Source of the DNA: Candidatus Limnocylindria bacterium
GTDB taxonomy: Bacteria > Chloroflexota > Limnocylindria > P2-11E
Direction: 5' to 3'
NCBI GenBank assembly: GCA_036002305.1
Contig: DASYTL010000013.1
Location: forward strand, 18,935 to 82,934
Length of the DNA stretch: 64,000 nt
A model generated the notes under the pieces. That model was not told the DNA's origin and searched no databases. It saw only the letters and a program-made list of their open reading frames with translations. Shown here piece by piece: positions 53,379 through 63,847 of this stretch (its first letter is position 1; every line of letters starts with the position of its first letter). The position numbers and the translations under genes were made by a program.

Positions 53379-55205
53379 TTGTTCTGGTGCCGTGTAGCAT
53401 GTTACACACTAGGCGACGGCGAGCCAGGCTGCGACGCGCAAGGCATACGGAAGGCGGGAGGAAAGGGACTGATCCAGACGAGCGGACGCCCACTCCTGCG
53501 CCGCGGACGTTCCTCCGAGCCGGAACACGAGATCGCAGCGGAGCGCGACGTCCTCGTCGCCACGCGGGACGGCACGCGCGTGGCTGTGGACATCTTCAAG
53601 CCGAGGGCCGAAGGGCGCTTTCCGGCGCTTTTCGCGGTGTCCCCGTACGGCAAGGACGTGCAGTTCATGGGTGTGCCCCAGCAGCCGGCCCAGTCGATCA
53701 CCTTCGATCACTCGATCGAGGCGGGGAACATCGAGTTCTTCGTGGCGCGCGGCTACGCGTTCGTGGTCATGGACCTGCGAGGGTGCGGCAAGTCAGAGGG
53801 CGACTGGCTCGGCTTTTACAACGGCCGCGACCAGCGCGACTGCTACGACGTCATCGAGTGGATCGCACAACAGCCTTGGTGCGACGGGAACGTCGGGATG
53901 TCCGGCCATTCGTATTTCGGCGCGATGCAGCTGCTCACCGCCGCCCAGCAGCCGCCGCACCTCAAGGTGATCGCCCCCATCGAGGCGATGACCGACCACT
54001 ACAACAAGGCTTACCCAGGCGGCATCACGTCGCCGTGGTACTCATTTGTCCTGCACATGGTCACCGTGCACGACGCCGCGCTCGATTCGGAGCGGCTGTA
54101 TGGAACTGACGGCGTGAAGGCCCGGATCGCGTCACGGCTGAAGGACCCCGACATAAGCACGAATTCGTTCTACGTCCGTGAATTCAATTCGCCACGAAAG
54201 AACGCCGCGTTCGTCGATCAGCTCCTGCACCCCACCTACGGCCCGTTCTGGGAAGAGCGTTCGGCGCGCGAGCACTTCGCGAAAATCAAAGTCCCGACCT
54301 TCACCGCCGGCTTTTGGGGCTACTTCACGATCATCGACGGCACGTTCGAGGCATTCACCGACCCGACGCTGGACGTACCGAAGCGCGTCAGCGTTCTCTC
54401 TTACGGGACCGCGAACGTGATGCTGCCGCTCAAGCTCTACGACGAGGAGCTGCTCCGGTGGTACGACCACTGGCTCAAAGGGGTCGACACCGGACTCATG
54501 GAGGAGCCCCCGGTCAACATCTACATCCCGGGCCGCGACGTTGTCCGGCGCGAGACCGAGTGGCCACTGGCCCGCACTCAGTGGACGGCCTACTATCTCC
54601 GCCGGTTCGGCGAGCTGTCCACCGATCCTGAAGGGGATGACGGCCAGGAGCCGGATCCGCTTGTGCATACACCGCCGCAGATCTCCGCCCGCCTCGCCGC
54701 CTTCCGCTATCGAACTCGGCCGCTGTCTCGTGGCGTCGAGACCACAGGTCCTGCGGCGCTGCATCTGTTCGCTGAGCTCGACGCGGAGGACGCGAACTTC
54801 ATCGCGACGATCTACGACGTGGCGCCCTCAGGCAACAAGACGCTCGTCTCACGTGGTTATCTCCGCGCGTCGCATCGAGCGGTCGACCGAGCACGCTCGA
54901 AGCCGGGGGCGCCGTTCCACTCGCATCGCGACCCAGCCCCGGTCCATCCCGGAGCCGTCGAGGAGTACGCGATCAAGATCTCGCCCCTCTCGAACTACTT
55001 CGCGCCGGGGCACGCCATCGAGCTGGAAATCGCGACCTCCGACGCCCACGGCCTGACCGAGGAAACCACCGGTTTCAGCGCGGTCGTCGAGGACAAGATG
55101 AACGCCATGGGAGTCTTGCCGTCCAGCCGGCTCATCTACTACAAGCTGCACCGCAGCCCACGCTTCCGATCGCACCTCCTCCTGCCGGTGATTCCGGAAG
55201 CGTGA
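53379..55205 (+). CDS. CocE/NonD family hydrolase (S15 X-Pro dipeptidyl-peptidase-like alpha/beta hydrolase); start uncertain
   Basis: Contains RDGTRVAVDIFKP, VMDLRGCGKSEG and the nucleophile elbow GMSGHSYFG. The only canonical in-frame start is TTG at 53379. A CTG at 53469 directly follows GGAGGAAAGGGA. Confidence 0.82.
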   Translation: MFWCRVACYTLGDGEPGCDAQGIRKAGGKGLIQTSGRPLLRRGRSSEPEHEIAAERDVLVATRDGTRVAVDIFKPRAEGRFPALFAVSPYGKDVQFMGVPQQPAQSITFDHSIEAGNIEFFVARGYAFVVMDLRGCGKSEGDWLGFYNGRDQRDCYDVIEWIAQQPWCDGNVGMSGHSYFGAMQLLTAAQQPPHLKVIAPIEAMTDHYNKAYPGGITSPWYSFVLHMVTVHDAALDSERLYGTDGVKARIASRLKDPDISTNSFYVREFNSPRKNAAFVDQLLHPTYGPFWEERSAREHFAKIKVPTFTAGFWGYFTIIDGTFEAFTDPTLDVPKRVSVLSYGTANVMLPLKLYDEELLRWYDHWLKGVDTGLMEEPPVNIYIPGRDVVRRETEWPLARTQWTAYYLRRFGELSTDPEGDDGQEPDPLVHTPPQISARLAAFRYRTRPLSRGVETTGPAALHLFAELDAEDANFIATIYDVAPSGNKTLVSRGYLRASHRAVDRARSKPGAPFHSHRDPAPVHPGAVEEYAIKISPLSNYFAPGHAIELEIATSDAHGLTEETTGFSAVVEDKMNAMGVLPSSRLIYYKLHRSPRFRSHLLLPVIPEA

Positions 55206-56596
55206 GGTCTCGAGAAGTGCGCCTGAAGATCAGACGGGCGTTCGATACTGACCGCGTGAACTCAGCCATCCCAAAGCTCGCTCTGGACGGAGGATCCCCG
55301 GTCCGCACGCATCCGCTCCCAACGCGGATCCAGTTCGACGATCGAGAACGCGAGGCGGTCGACCGGCTCTTCCGGGCCGTCGCACGCGACGGCGGAAACT
55401 TCGATCGATACGGGCCAGGACCGCAGGCCGAGGGAACCGCGCTGGCGCAAATGAACGGGCGGCCGTCTGAAGTCGATCTTTTCGAGCGCGAGCTCGCCGA
55501 GTTCTACGGAGTCCGTCACGTCGCCGCGCTATCCAGCGGGAGCGCCGCGGTCTTGGCGGCGCTCGCCGCCCTCGAGATGGAGCCGGGTACCGAGGTCATT
55601 ACCTCGCCCCTCACCGATCCCGGTGTCGTCATGGGAGTGCTCTTCCTCGGCTGCGTGCCGGTCTTCGTCGATCACGACTACGACACGATCGCCGTCTCGC
55701 CTTCGGCTATCCAGTCCGCGATCACGGAGCGGACGGGTGCGATTGTCGTCACTCACCTGATGGGTCTCATCTCCGACATGGACGCCATCATGCGCGTCGC
55801 ACGAAGCCATCACGTTCCTGTCATTGGCGACTCGGCGCAGGCGCATGGCGCCTGTTACGGAGGGAGTCGGTCGCGTCCCTTCGGCGACATCGGCGCGGTG
55901 AGCATGATGAGCACCAAACACATGACCTCTGGTGGACAGGGCGGGTTCATCGCGACCGACAACGAGGGTTACTACCTTGCGGCTAAGCGCTTCGCCGATC
56001 GAGGAAAGCCTTTCGGGCTGCCCAGCCCACCCGAGGGGGCACCGCACGGCGGAGATCGATCGACTTTGGGGCTCAACTGCCGGATGCACGATCTGGAGGC
56101 TGTCGTTGGCCGTGTGCAGCTGACCAAGCTGCATCAAGTCATGACCGCACGAGCCTGCGTGCTGCGCGAACTCAACGAGGGGCTCGCCGAAGTTGCGGGC
56201 GTGAAACCGGTGCGCATCTACGATGGAACCGAGCCGAGTCCATGGGGTGCGGTGTTCGTACTCGACCGTCACTCGACCAGCGTTTCGGTGCGCCGTTTCG
56301 CGGCCGCGATGACCGCCGAGGGAATCGCCACCGTGCCGCTCATACCGGACATGGTGCCGGTCATCGATGAACTCAGCTTCCTACGCGACCAGGAACACGC
56401 CGACCGCGCACGCTACCCCTACGGGTACGAGCTGCGCGGCCGGAAGGTCCGGTTTGTTCGACCCGAGCACCCGGTCATCGACCGACTCGCCAACGATCTA
56501 ATCGTGATCTGGATTCACGAGGGGTGGGGCGCACAGGAGATCGTCGACACGCTCGCGGCGCTCCGCAAGGTGGCGTCGGCCTACCGCGTGGCCTGA
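55202..56596 (+). CDS. DegT/DnrJ/EryC1/StrS family PLP-dependent aminotransferase
   Basis: Contains LALDGGSPVR, FERELAEFYGVRHVAALSSGSAAV, IGDSAQAHGA and SMMSTKHMTSG (PLP Lys). The GTG overlaps the upstream stop. Confidence 0.85.
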   Translation: MRSREVRLKIRRAFDTDRVNSAIPKLALDGGSPVRTHPLPTRIQFDDREREAVDRLFRAVARDGGNFDRYGPGPQAEGTALAQMNGRPSEVDLFERELAEFYGVRHVAALSSGSAAVLAALAALEMEPGTEVITSPLTDPGVVMGVLFLGCVPVFVDHDYDTIAVSPSAIQSAITERTGAIVVTHLMGLISDMDAIMRVARSHHVPVIGDSAQAHGACYGGSRSRPFGDIGAVSMMSTKHMTSGGQGGFIATDNEGYYLAAKRFADRGKPFGLPSPPEGAPHGGDRSTLGLNCRMHDLEAVVGRVQLTKLHQVMTARACVLRELNEGLAEVAGVKPVRIYDGTEPSPWGAVFVLDRHSTSVSVRRFAAAMTAEGIATVPLIPDMVPVIDELSFLRDQEHADRARYPYGYELRGRKVRFVRPEHPVIDRLANDLIVIWIHEGWGAQEIVDTLAALRKVASAYRVA

Positions 56597-56602
56597 TCTG
56601 AC

Positions 56603-57565
56603 ATGACGACAAACGGGTACGTCATGACCGTGGCGGGACCCATAGATCCGTCGACGATCCGCTACACGCTCCCGCACGAGCACCTGTACACGCGTTTCTG
56701 GGAGATCGATGGCCGCTTCGATTCGCCACACCTGCTGGACGACGACGACGTCATGGCCGACGAGCTCAGCGTCTTCCAACGCCAGGGAGGCAACTGCGTC
56801 GTCGACCTCACGCTCCCCGACATCGGGCGTAAGCCAGAACGTTTGCGGGCCCTTTCTGAGAAGACCGGGCTCAAGATCATCATGGGATGCGGCTGGTACC
56901 GGCGGCTGTACTACCTGCCGGAGGAGGGGCTGGAGCGGCGACCCGTCCGCGACCTGGCGGCGGAGCTATTGCGCGAGATTCGCGAAGGCGTTGGAGACAC
57001 CGGCATCCGCCCGGGTGTCATCGGTGAGATCGGGTGCGAGAAGTCGTGGGTGTCGCCCGTCGAGGAACGTGTTCACCGTGCCGCGGCCCGCGCTCAGCGA
57101 GAGACTGGGCTCGGACTCGTCACGCACTCAAGGCTCAGCGAAGTCGCGCTCGAACAGCTGACCATCTTCGAGGACGAAGGCGCCGACCTGAGTCGCGTCG
57201 TCATCGGCCACTGCGACAGTCACCCCTACCTCGACTACTACCTTCGGATTCTCGACCGGGGGGCGTGGCTCAGCTTCGACAACATTGGATCGGCGACCAC
57301 GCTCGGCCATGCGCCGGCGGGCAAGCACCATGACCGGCTTGCGGACTTGATCGTGAAGCTCATCGAGCGAGGCTTCGCCAACCGAATCCTGCTGTCGCAC
57401 GATGTGTGCGAGTCATTTCAGCTGCGGTATTACGGCGGCGCGGGCTTCGGATTCCTGTTTGAGCACTTCTTGCCGATGCTCCGCGCGCGCGGCGTCGAGC
57501 AGGAGATGATCGACTGCTTGACGCAGGGCAATCCACGACGCTGGCTCAGCGTTCACGCGACCTAG
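56603..57565 (+). CDS. Phosphotriesterase-family protein (PTE-like lactonase/hydrolase)
   Basis: Contains TLPHEHL, IGEIGC, LVTHS, VIGHCD and LLSHD. Confidence 0.85.
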   Translation: MTTNGYVMTVAGPIDPSTIRYTLPHEHLYTRFWEIDGRFDSPHLLDDDDVMADELSVFQRQGGNCVVDLTLPDIGRKPERLRALSEKTGLKIIMGCGWYRRLYYLPEEGLERRPVRDLAAELLREIREGVGDTGIRPGVIGEIGCEKSWVSPVEERVHRAAARAQRETGLGLVTHSRLSEVALEQLTIFEDEGADLSRVVIGHCDSHPYLDYYLRILDRGAWLSFDNIGSATTLGHAPAGKHHDRLADLIVKLIERGFANRILLSHDVCESFQLRYYGGAGFGFLFEHFLPMLRARGVEQEMIDCLTQGNPRRWLSVHAT

Positions 57566-57576
57566 ACCGAGGGGGA

Positions 57577-59097
57577 GTGATCAAGATGTCGCCACAGGCA
57601 ACAGCGACCCGCGAGCTGAACACAGACGAAACCGTCCTCCACATGATCGACGGCGAGGAAGTGCCTTCCGCGTCGAAGAGAACGTTCGCGGACATCGACC
57701 CCGCGACCGGCGATGATCTGGCGAACATCGCCTTCGGCGAGGCGGCCGACGTCGACCGCGCCGTACAGGCCGCGCACGCGGCTTTCGAGCGCGGAACCTG
57801 GCGACGCATGCCACCGGGGGAGCGCGCGCGTGTCCTCCGGCGGGCCGCATCTCTCCTGCTCGAGCGCAAGGAGGAGATCGGCCGGATCGAGTCGCGTGAC
57901 ACGGGGAAGCCGCTCGCCAACGCAGTGTCGGAAGTCGCCTTGGCCTCGGACTACATGACGTACTTCGCTGGTCTCTGCGAGCTCCCTGACGGTTCGACCT
58001 ATCCCGTCGACTCCGGCTACTTCGTCTACAGCAAACGCGAGCCGTACGGAGTCGTCGGCGCCATATCTCCATGGAACTACCCGATCGGGCTTGCGGTCGT
58101 GAAGACGGTCCCCGCGCTCGCTGTCGGGAACTCGGTCGTGTTGAAGATGGCGGAACAGTCGCCCTTGTCGACTGCGATCTACGCCCGAATCTGCAGGGAG
58201 GCAGGTGTGCCCGCCGGAGTCCTCAATACGGTGCACGGCGATGGGCCAACGACGGGTGCCGCGCTCGTGGCCCACCCGCTTGTCCCGAAGATCACCTTCA
58301 CCGGATCGACCGTGGTGGGCCAGGAGATCCTTCGCAGCGCGGCTGCGAACATCAAGAGCGTCCACCTCGAGCTCGGCGGCAAGACCGCGAACATCATCTT
58401 CGCCGACGCGGACGTCGAGGACGCGGTCTCGGGCTCGCTGCTCGCGGCCTACTACAACACGGGTCAGATCTGCACGAGCGGCTCCCGGTTGCTCGTTGAT
58501 GAGCGCTTGGGAAAGGATTTCGTCGAGGCGCTCGGGGAACGCGCGAAACGAATTCGCGTCGGCCCTCCGCTCGAGACGTCGACGCAACTTGGACCTGTGA
58601 TCTCACGCGCCCAGCACGAGCGGGTGATGGGCTACATCAAGCTTGGCCGTGAATCGGGCGCCAGGACCATCATCGGCGGTGGCCGCCCGCGTGTGGCTGG
58701 TCATGAGAACGGGTTCTTCGTGGAGCCGACGATCTTCGCCGACGTCGACCCGAATATGCGAATCGCGCAGGAGGAGATCTTTGGGCCCGTGCTCTCGGTG
58801 ATGACATTCCGCGACGAGGCGGAGGCCGTCCGTATCGCCAACGGTGTGATGTACGGACTCTCGTCGATGGTGTGGACCCGCGACCTCGGCCGCGCTTTCC
58901 GCTTGGCAGAGCGGCTCGATAGCGGGATCGTCTGGACGAACTGCCCCGAGTACGTCCCGATCAACGCCCCGTACGAGGGCCGCAAAATGAGCGGGATCGG
59001 TGTCGACACCGGCATCGAGGTGCAGCACACGTTCACTCAGATCAAGACGCATTACATGCGGTTCGACGCCACGATGGATCTCAAGACCTGGGCGTGA
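57577..59097 (+). CDS. NAD(P)-dependent aldehyde dehydrogenase
   Basis: Contains FTGSTVVG, ELGGKTANIIF and GQICTSGSRLLV (catalytic Cys). Confidence 0.92.
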   Translation: MIKMSPQATATRELNTDETVLHMIDGEEVPSASKRTFADIDPATGDDLANIAFGEAADVDRAVQAAHAAFERGTWRRMPPGERARVLRRAASLLLERKEEIGRIESRDTGKPLANAVSEVALASDYMTYFAGLCELPDGSTYPVDSGYFVYSKREPYGVVGAISPWNYPIGLAVVKTVPALAVGNSVVLKMAEQSPLSTAIYARICREAGVPAGVLNTVHGDGPTTGAALVAHPLVPKITFTGSTVVGQEILRSAAANIKSVHLELGGKTANIIFADADVEDAVSGSLLAAYYNTGQICTSGSRLLVDERLGKDFVEALGERAKRIRVGPPLETSTQLGPVISRAQHERVMGYIKLGRESGARTIIGGGRPRVAGHENGFFVEPTIFADVDPNMRIAQEEIFGPVLSVMTFRDEAEAVRIANGVMYGLSSMVWTRDLGRAFRLAERLDSGIVWTNCPEYVPINAPYEGRKMSGIGVDTGIEVQHTFTQIKTHYMRFDATMDLKTWA

Positions 59098-60122
59098 CCG
59101 TCCAGCGCGAATGGCCCACGACAATCCTGGTGGGCACCGACGTCGGCCCTGAGAATCTCGGGCGGATCGAGCGGGCGGCACCGGGCGCCCGCGTGAGTTG
59201 TCGTTCCTGCGGCTCACCCGCCGAGCTCACGCAGGCTATCGGGCGGAACGTGGACATCATTTTTGCGGATCTGCTTCCGGACTTCGTGGACCCAAATGGT
59301 CGTCTCCGCTGGGCTCAGCTCATGAGCGCGGGCATCGAGGTGCTCCGCGACAGCCCAGCGTGGTCGGCCCCCGGTCTCCAGATCACGAACGCAAGCGGCG
59401 TCCATGTCCCCGCGATGTCCGAGTACATCATTGCGATGATCCTGCAGTCGACAGGGTCGTTTGCCGCCGCGACATCATTCAAGTCGACGCGACGCTGGGA
59501 GGACCGCTTCGCGATCAAGCGGTCGCCGGTCGCGGGCAAGGTGCTGGGAATCCTTGGCTACGGAAGCATTGGTCGCCGGGTAGGGCGCCTCGCGCACGCG
59601 CTCGGAATGCGGACCCTCGCCATACGTCGGTCGCGGGACCGTGAGCCCACCGACCAATACCGGTGGCCCTTCATCGAAGCGGTGGATTCGGGCTCGGAAC
59701 CCGCCGAAGTGCTTACGGCGGACGCACTTCCCAGGGTCATGCGCGAGTCTGACTTCCTCGCGGTCACCATGCCGCTTACCGCGGATACGAAGGGGATGGT
59801 CGGGGCGGCGGAGCTCGCGCTGATGAAGCCGCATGCGTTCATCGTCAATGTCTCGCGGGGGGCGATCTTCGATGAGGGCGCATTGATCGAGGCGCTGGCG
59901 GCGAAGCGGATCGCTGGCGCGGCACTCGACGTGTTCGCTCGGGAACCACCGGCCGGGGACAATCCGCTCTTCCATCTGCCCAACGTCGTCCTGACCCCGC
60001 ACATCTCGGGCGTGTTCGACGAGTACAACGACATCGCCACCGACATCTTCATCACCAACTTTGGCCGGTACGCTCGGGGTGAGCCGCTGCTCAACCTGGT
60101 CAGCGCGGCTCGCGGCTACTGA
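59094..60122 (+). CDS. D-isomer-specific 2-hydroxyacid dehydrogenase
   Basis: Contains GILGYGSIGRRVG, NVSRGAIFDE, LDVFAREP and LTPHISG. The GTG overlaps the upstream stop. Confidence 0.88.
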   Translation: MTVQREWPTTILVGTDVGPENLGRIERAAPGARVSCRSCGSPAELTQAIGRNVDIIFADLLPDFVDPNGRLRWAQLMSAGIEVLRDSPAWSAPGLQITNASGVHVPAMSEYIIAMILQSTGSFAAATSFKSTRRWEDRFAIKRSPVAGKVLGILGYGSIGRRVGRLAHALGMRTLAIRRSRDREPTDQYRWPFIEAVDSGSEPAEVLTADALPRVMRESDFLAVTMPLTADTKGMVGAAELALMKPHAFIVNVSRGAIFDEGALIEALAAKRIAGAALDVFAREPPAGDNPLFHLPNVVLTPHISGVFDEYNDIATDIFITNFGRYARGEPLLNLVSAARGY

Positions 60123-60137
60123 CGGTCGGACGCGGGC

Positions 60138-61334
60138 GTGCTGATCTCGGACGTGCGGACTATGGTCCTGGCGGGGACCGACCCGCACGGGATCGGCGGC
60201 GAGTCGAGAACCTGGAAGCTGATCATCGTCCGGGTCGACACGGATGAGGGTCTCTACGGGCTTGGCGAGGCTCCGCACATCCAGGTCTCGCTCGTAGGTG
60301 TGCGCGACGCTATCAATGCGATCCGCGATCGCATCGTCGGACGCGACGTGCGGGACATCAAGCCGATCGTGTCTGAGGTTCTGTGGGGAGCGTTGCCTCC
60401 CCACCGCCCATCGATCGGCCTTGGCGCCGTACCTTTCGGAGCGATCGTCTGGGGACTGAGTGGTATCGAGATGGCTCTCCACGACGTTGTCGGAAAGGCC
60501 CTCGGGGTTCCGATCTGGGCACTGCTGGGTGGTCGGTATCGAGACCGGGCGCCGATCTACCTGGACCGCAGCGCGCCCGCGCGGGTCGATGACCTCAATG
60601 CATGGGCGGAGATGGCTCGCGACGCCGTCGGCCGAGGCTTCCGTGACATCAAGTTCGACATCGACTTCGCCGCGACCGACCAGGTGACCGACGTATGGAG
60701 CCGCAACATCCCGATCGCTGAGCTTGAGCGGATCGTCGCGCGGCTCACAGCGGTCCGCGAGGCAGTGGGGTGGGATGTAGAGGTGAGCGCTGACTGTCAT
60801 ATGCAATACGACGCGGTTTCCGCGATCAGACTCGCCCAGGGTCTGGCTCGGCTGCGGCTCAAGTGGATCGAGGATCCAACGCCCATCACGCACGTGGACG
60901 CAATGATCCGCGTACGGCAACAGAGTCCTATCCCGATTTGCGCGGGCGAGTTCTGTACAGCGGAGCAGTTCCGCGAGCTCATCGAGCGCGGCGCGTGTGA
61001 CATCGTCCACCCGGACGTCCTCTTCGCCGGGGGCCTGACCGAGACCCGTCGCGTCGCCGATATGGCCGAGGCTCACGGGATGCCGACGGCGCTCCATAAC
61101 AACAGCGGCGCGGTCGGTGTGGTCGCGTCGACGCATGTAGCAGTGGCGACGCGCAATCTGATCGGCGTCGAGTACCACTTCCACGATGCTCCCTGGATCG
61201 GGCAAGTCCTCGACCGCGGTCGCCCACTGTTCGAGGATGGCGCGATAGTCGTCACTGACGCCCCAGGGCTGGGTGGCGTCCTCAACGAGAAGGTCTGTAC
61301 GGAGCACCTCGACACCGGAGAGGTGCTGTTCTGA
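60138..61334 (+). CDS. Enolase-superfamily acid-sugar-dehydratase-like enzyme
   Basis: Contains GIEMALHDVVGKALGVPIWALLGG, SADCHMQY, WIEDP, CAGEF and DIVHPD. Confidence 0.85.
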   Translation: MLISDVRTMVLAGTDPHGIGGESRTWKLIIVRVDTDEGLYGLGEAPHIQVSLVGVRDAINAIRDRIVGRDVRDIKPIVSEVLWGALPPHRPSIGLGAVPFGAIVWGLSGIEMALHDVVGKALGVPIWALLGGRYRDRAPIYLDRSAPARVDDLNAWAEMARDAVGRGFRDIKFDIDFAATDQVTDVWSRNIPIAELERIVARLTAVREAVGWDVEVSADCHMQYDAVSAIRLAQGLARLRLKWIEDPTPITHVDAMIRVRQQSPIPICAGEFCTAEQFRELIERGACDIVHPDVLFAGGLTETRRVADMAEAHGMPTALHNNSGAVGVVASTHVAVATRNLIGVEYHFHDAPWIGQVLDRGRPLFEDGAIVVTDAPGLGGVLNEKVCTEHLDTGEVLF

Positions 61335-61366
61335 CCGCGTCAGTCGTCAATGGACGTGTTGGCCCG

Positions 61367-62497
61367 ATGCTCCCGCTGAACGGTGTGAGGGTCGTCGCCG
61401 TCGAGCATGCGGTCGCCGCGCCGCTCTGCACTCGGCATCTGGCCGATCTCGGCGCCGACGTGGTCAAGGTCGAACGTCCAGGAGGCGACTTCGCGCGCCA
61501 CTACGACGCGGTCGTCGAGGGGCAGTCCGCCTATTTCGTTTGGCTCAATCGGGGCAAGCGCAGCGTGGTGTTGGATCTCGAGCGCCCCTCGGACCGCGCT
61601 GTCTTGGAGTGGCTGTTGGCGGGTGCGGATGTATTCGTCCACAACCTCGGGCCGCGCGCAGTTGAGCGGCTGGGATTCAGCCAAGACGCGACTCGTCGGC
61701 GTTGGCCTCGCCTCATCTCGTGCGCGATCTCCGGTTACGGCAGCGACGGACCGTATCGCCTTCGAAAGGCGTTCGACCTCCTCGTCCAAGCCGAGAGCGG
61801 AGTGGCGTGGGTCACAGGGCCGGCTGAGACACCGACCAGGGTCGGCGTGCCGGTCGCCGACATTAGCGCCGCGATGTACGCATGCATGTCCATCCTCGCG
61901 GCCCTTCGCCTGAGGGAGGCCGACGGACAGGGCCGCTTGATCGACATCTCGATGCTTGACTGCCTCGCGGAATGGATGACGGCACCCGCCTACTACCAGC
62001 TCTACGGGGCGCATGGCCCCGCTCGCGCGGGTTTGCGCCACCCGACGATCGTCCCGTACGGCGCCTACCCCTGTTCGGACGGAGAGGTATTGCTCGCCGT
62101 GCAGAACGAAGCACAGTGGAAGCGCCTCTGCGAGGACGTACTCCGGGATCCTGGGCTCGCTGCTGATCAGCGGTTCAGGACCAATGCCCTTCGCGTCGAC
62201 GGGCGCGCGACTCTCGAGGGCGTGATCGAGCGGGCGCTCTCGAGGATGTCCCGCGCCTCTATCGAGAAACGGCTGGAGGGGGCCGACCTGCCGTTCGCGA
62301 GGCTGAACACCGTCTCCGACCTGATCGAGCATCCCCAGCTCGTCCAGCGAAAGCGCTGGACAGAGGTCGATTCGGGAGGGAAGCGGGTAAAGGCTCTTCG
62401 CTCGCCTTTCAACATCATCGGGCTCGATCTTCCGATGGCTCCAGTGCCGGAGCTCGACGCGCACGGCGCCATCGTGCGTCGGGAAGCCGGCGGCTAA
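61367..62497 (+). CDS. Family III CoA-transferase (CaiB/BaiF)
   Basis: Contains [43 protein letters not shown] and [11 protein letters not shown]. Confidence 0.9.
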   Translation: MLPLNGVRVVAVEHAVAAPLCTRHLADLGADVVKVERPGGDFARHYDAVVEGQSAYFVWLNRGKRSVVLDLERPSDRAVLEWLLAGADVFVHNLGPRAVERLGFSQDATRRRWPRLISCAISGYGSDGPYRLRKAFDLLVQAESGVAWVTGPAETPTRVGVPVADISAAMYACMSILAALRLREADGQGRLIDISMLDCLAEWMTAPAYYQLYGAHGPARAGLRHPTIVPYGAYPCSDGEVLLAVQNEAQWKRLCEDVLRDPGLAADQRFRTNALRVDGRATLEGVIERALSRMSRASIEKRLEGADLPFARLNTVSDLIEHPQLVQRKRWTEVDSGGKRVKALRSPFNIIGLDLPMAPVPELDAHGAIVRREAGG

Positions 62498-62592
62498 GGG
62501 AGAACATTGTTCGGTCGAAGCACAGCGTCGCTGGACGTTCCGAGCAAAGGGTCGCGCCCGTCGCGCGTGAGGCTCACCTTTGCCGAAGCCGG

Positions 62593-63792
62593 TTGGGTCA
62601 TGGCGTGAACGAGGCAACCCGCGACGCGCTCGCCGCGCAGATTCGTTCGATTCGCGAGAGCGGACTCCTCAAGCAGGAGCGCGTCATCACCACTCCTCAA
62701 GGGCCCTCCATTCGACTGGCATCGGGTCAGGAGGTCGTCAACTTCTGCGCGAACAACTACCTGGGACTGTCAGCGCACCCTGCCGTCCTCCAAGCGGCGC
62801 ACGCCGCGCTCGAGCGCTGGGGCTATGGCATGTCGTCCGTCCGCTTCATTTGCGGTACGCAGGAGATCCATAGGGATCTGGAAGCACGCCTCACTGACTT
62901 CCTGGGCACCGAGGACACCATCCTCTATGGCTCCTGTTTCGACGCCAACGGCGGCCTCTTCGAGGTCCTCCTTGGCGAGAACGATGCGGTGCTGAGCGAC
63001 GCTCTGAACCACGCCAGCATCATCGACGGCGTTCGGCTTTCGAAGGCGAAACGTCTGCGCTATGCCCACAACGACATGGACGAGCTCGAGGCGAAGCTGC
63101 GTGAGGTCTCCAGCTCCGGCGTGACGATGATCGCAACGGATGGCGTCTTTTCAATGGACGGCGCGGTCGCGAATCTGCCCGCGATCTGCCGGCTCGCCGA
63201 CCGTTATGGCGCCCTCGTGATGGTTGACGACTCGCATGGCGTTGGAGTCCTCGGCGCGAGCGGTCGTGGATCGCACGAGGCCCAGGGTGTACTCGGACGA
63301 ATCGACGTACTCACAGGAACCTTGGGCAAGGCACTCGGCGGCGCCTCCGGTGGCTATACGAGCGGCCGGCGGGAGATAGTGGAGCTGCTCCGGCAGCGAA
63401 GTCGCCCGTATCTCTTCTCGAACACTCTCGCTCCAATGATCGCTGCGACTTCGATCACCGTCCTGGATTTGATCAAGCGAGCGGCGGATCTGCGCGAGCG
63501 GCTCTTTTCAAACACGAGGCGGTTCCGTTCCGCGATGACGGAGCGACGTTTCCGCATCACCCCCGGCGACCACCCCATAGTGCCGGTGATGCTTGGAGAC
63601 GCCAAGCTCGCCGCCGCAATGGCCGAGCGCCTACTGCACGAGAACATCTACGTGGTCGCGTTTTCGTATCCCGTCGTGCCGCATGGCACCGCGAGGATCC
63701 GCGTGCAACTATCCGCTTCGCATACGACCGAGCAGATTGACGCCTCAGTCGCAGCCTTCGAAAAAGTGGGTCGTCAGCTCGCCGCCGTCTAA
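62593..63792 (+). CDS. kbl: Glycine C-acetyltransferase (2-amino-3-ketobutyrate CoA ligase)
   Basis: Contains [45 protein letters not shown] (PLP Lys) and [11 protein letters not shown]. The start may be the GTG at 62605. Confidence 0.9.
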   Translation: MGHGVNEATRDALAAQIRSIRESGLLKQERVITTPQGPSIRLASGQEVVNFCANNYLGLSAHPAVLQAAHAALERWGYGMSSVRFICGTQEIHRDLEARLTDFLGTEDTILYGSCFDANGGLFEVLLGENDAVLSDALNHASIIDGVRLSKAKRLRYAHNDMDELEAKLREVSSSGVTMIATDGVFSMDGAVANLPAICRLADRYGALVMVDDSHGVGVLGASGRGSHEAQGVLGRIDVLTGTLGKALGGASGGYTSGRREIVELLRQRSRPYLFSNTLAPMIAATSITVLDLIKRAADLRERLFSNTRRFRSAMTERRFRITPGDHPIVPVMLGDAKLAAAMAERLLHENIYVVAFSYPVVPHGTARIRVQLSASHTTEQIDASVAAFEKVGRQLAAV

Positions 63793-63847
63793 CGACGTTC
63801 AGGAGCGGCTGCCGCGTCCGTCAGATCGCCCTGGGATCGCCCCAAAG

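Noticed and set aside
59475-61307. Long antisense ORFs, such as 59475-61307 (610 aa), 45633-47123, 16360-17928, 61340-62617, 52679-54109, 11426-12910, 38820-39944 and 40306-41448
   Set aside because: All lie opposite genes with clear family motifs. They are dominated by Arg, Asp, Gly, Pro and His, show no recognisable domains, and are expected by chance where stop codons are rare in GC-rich DNA.
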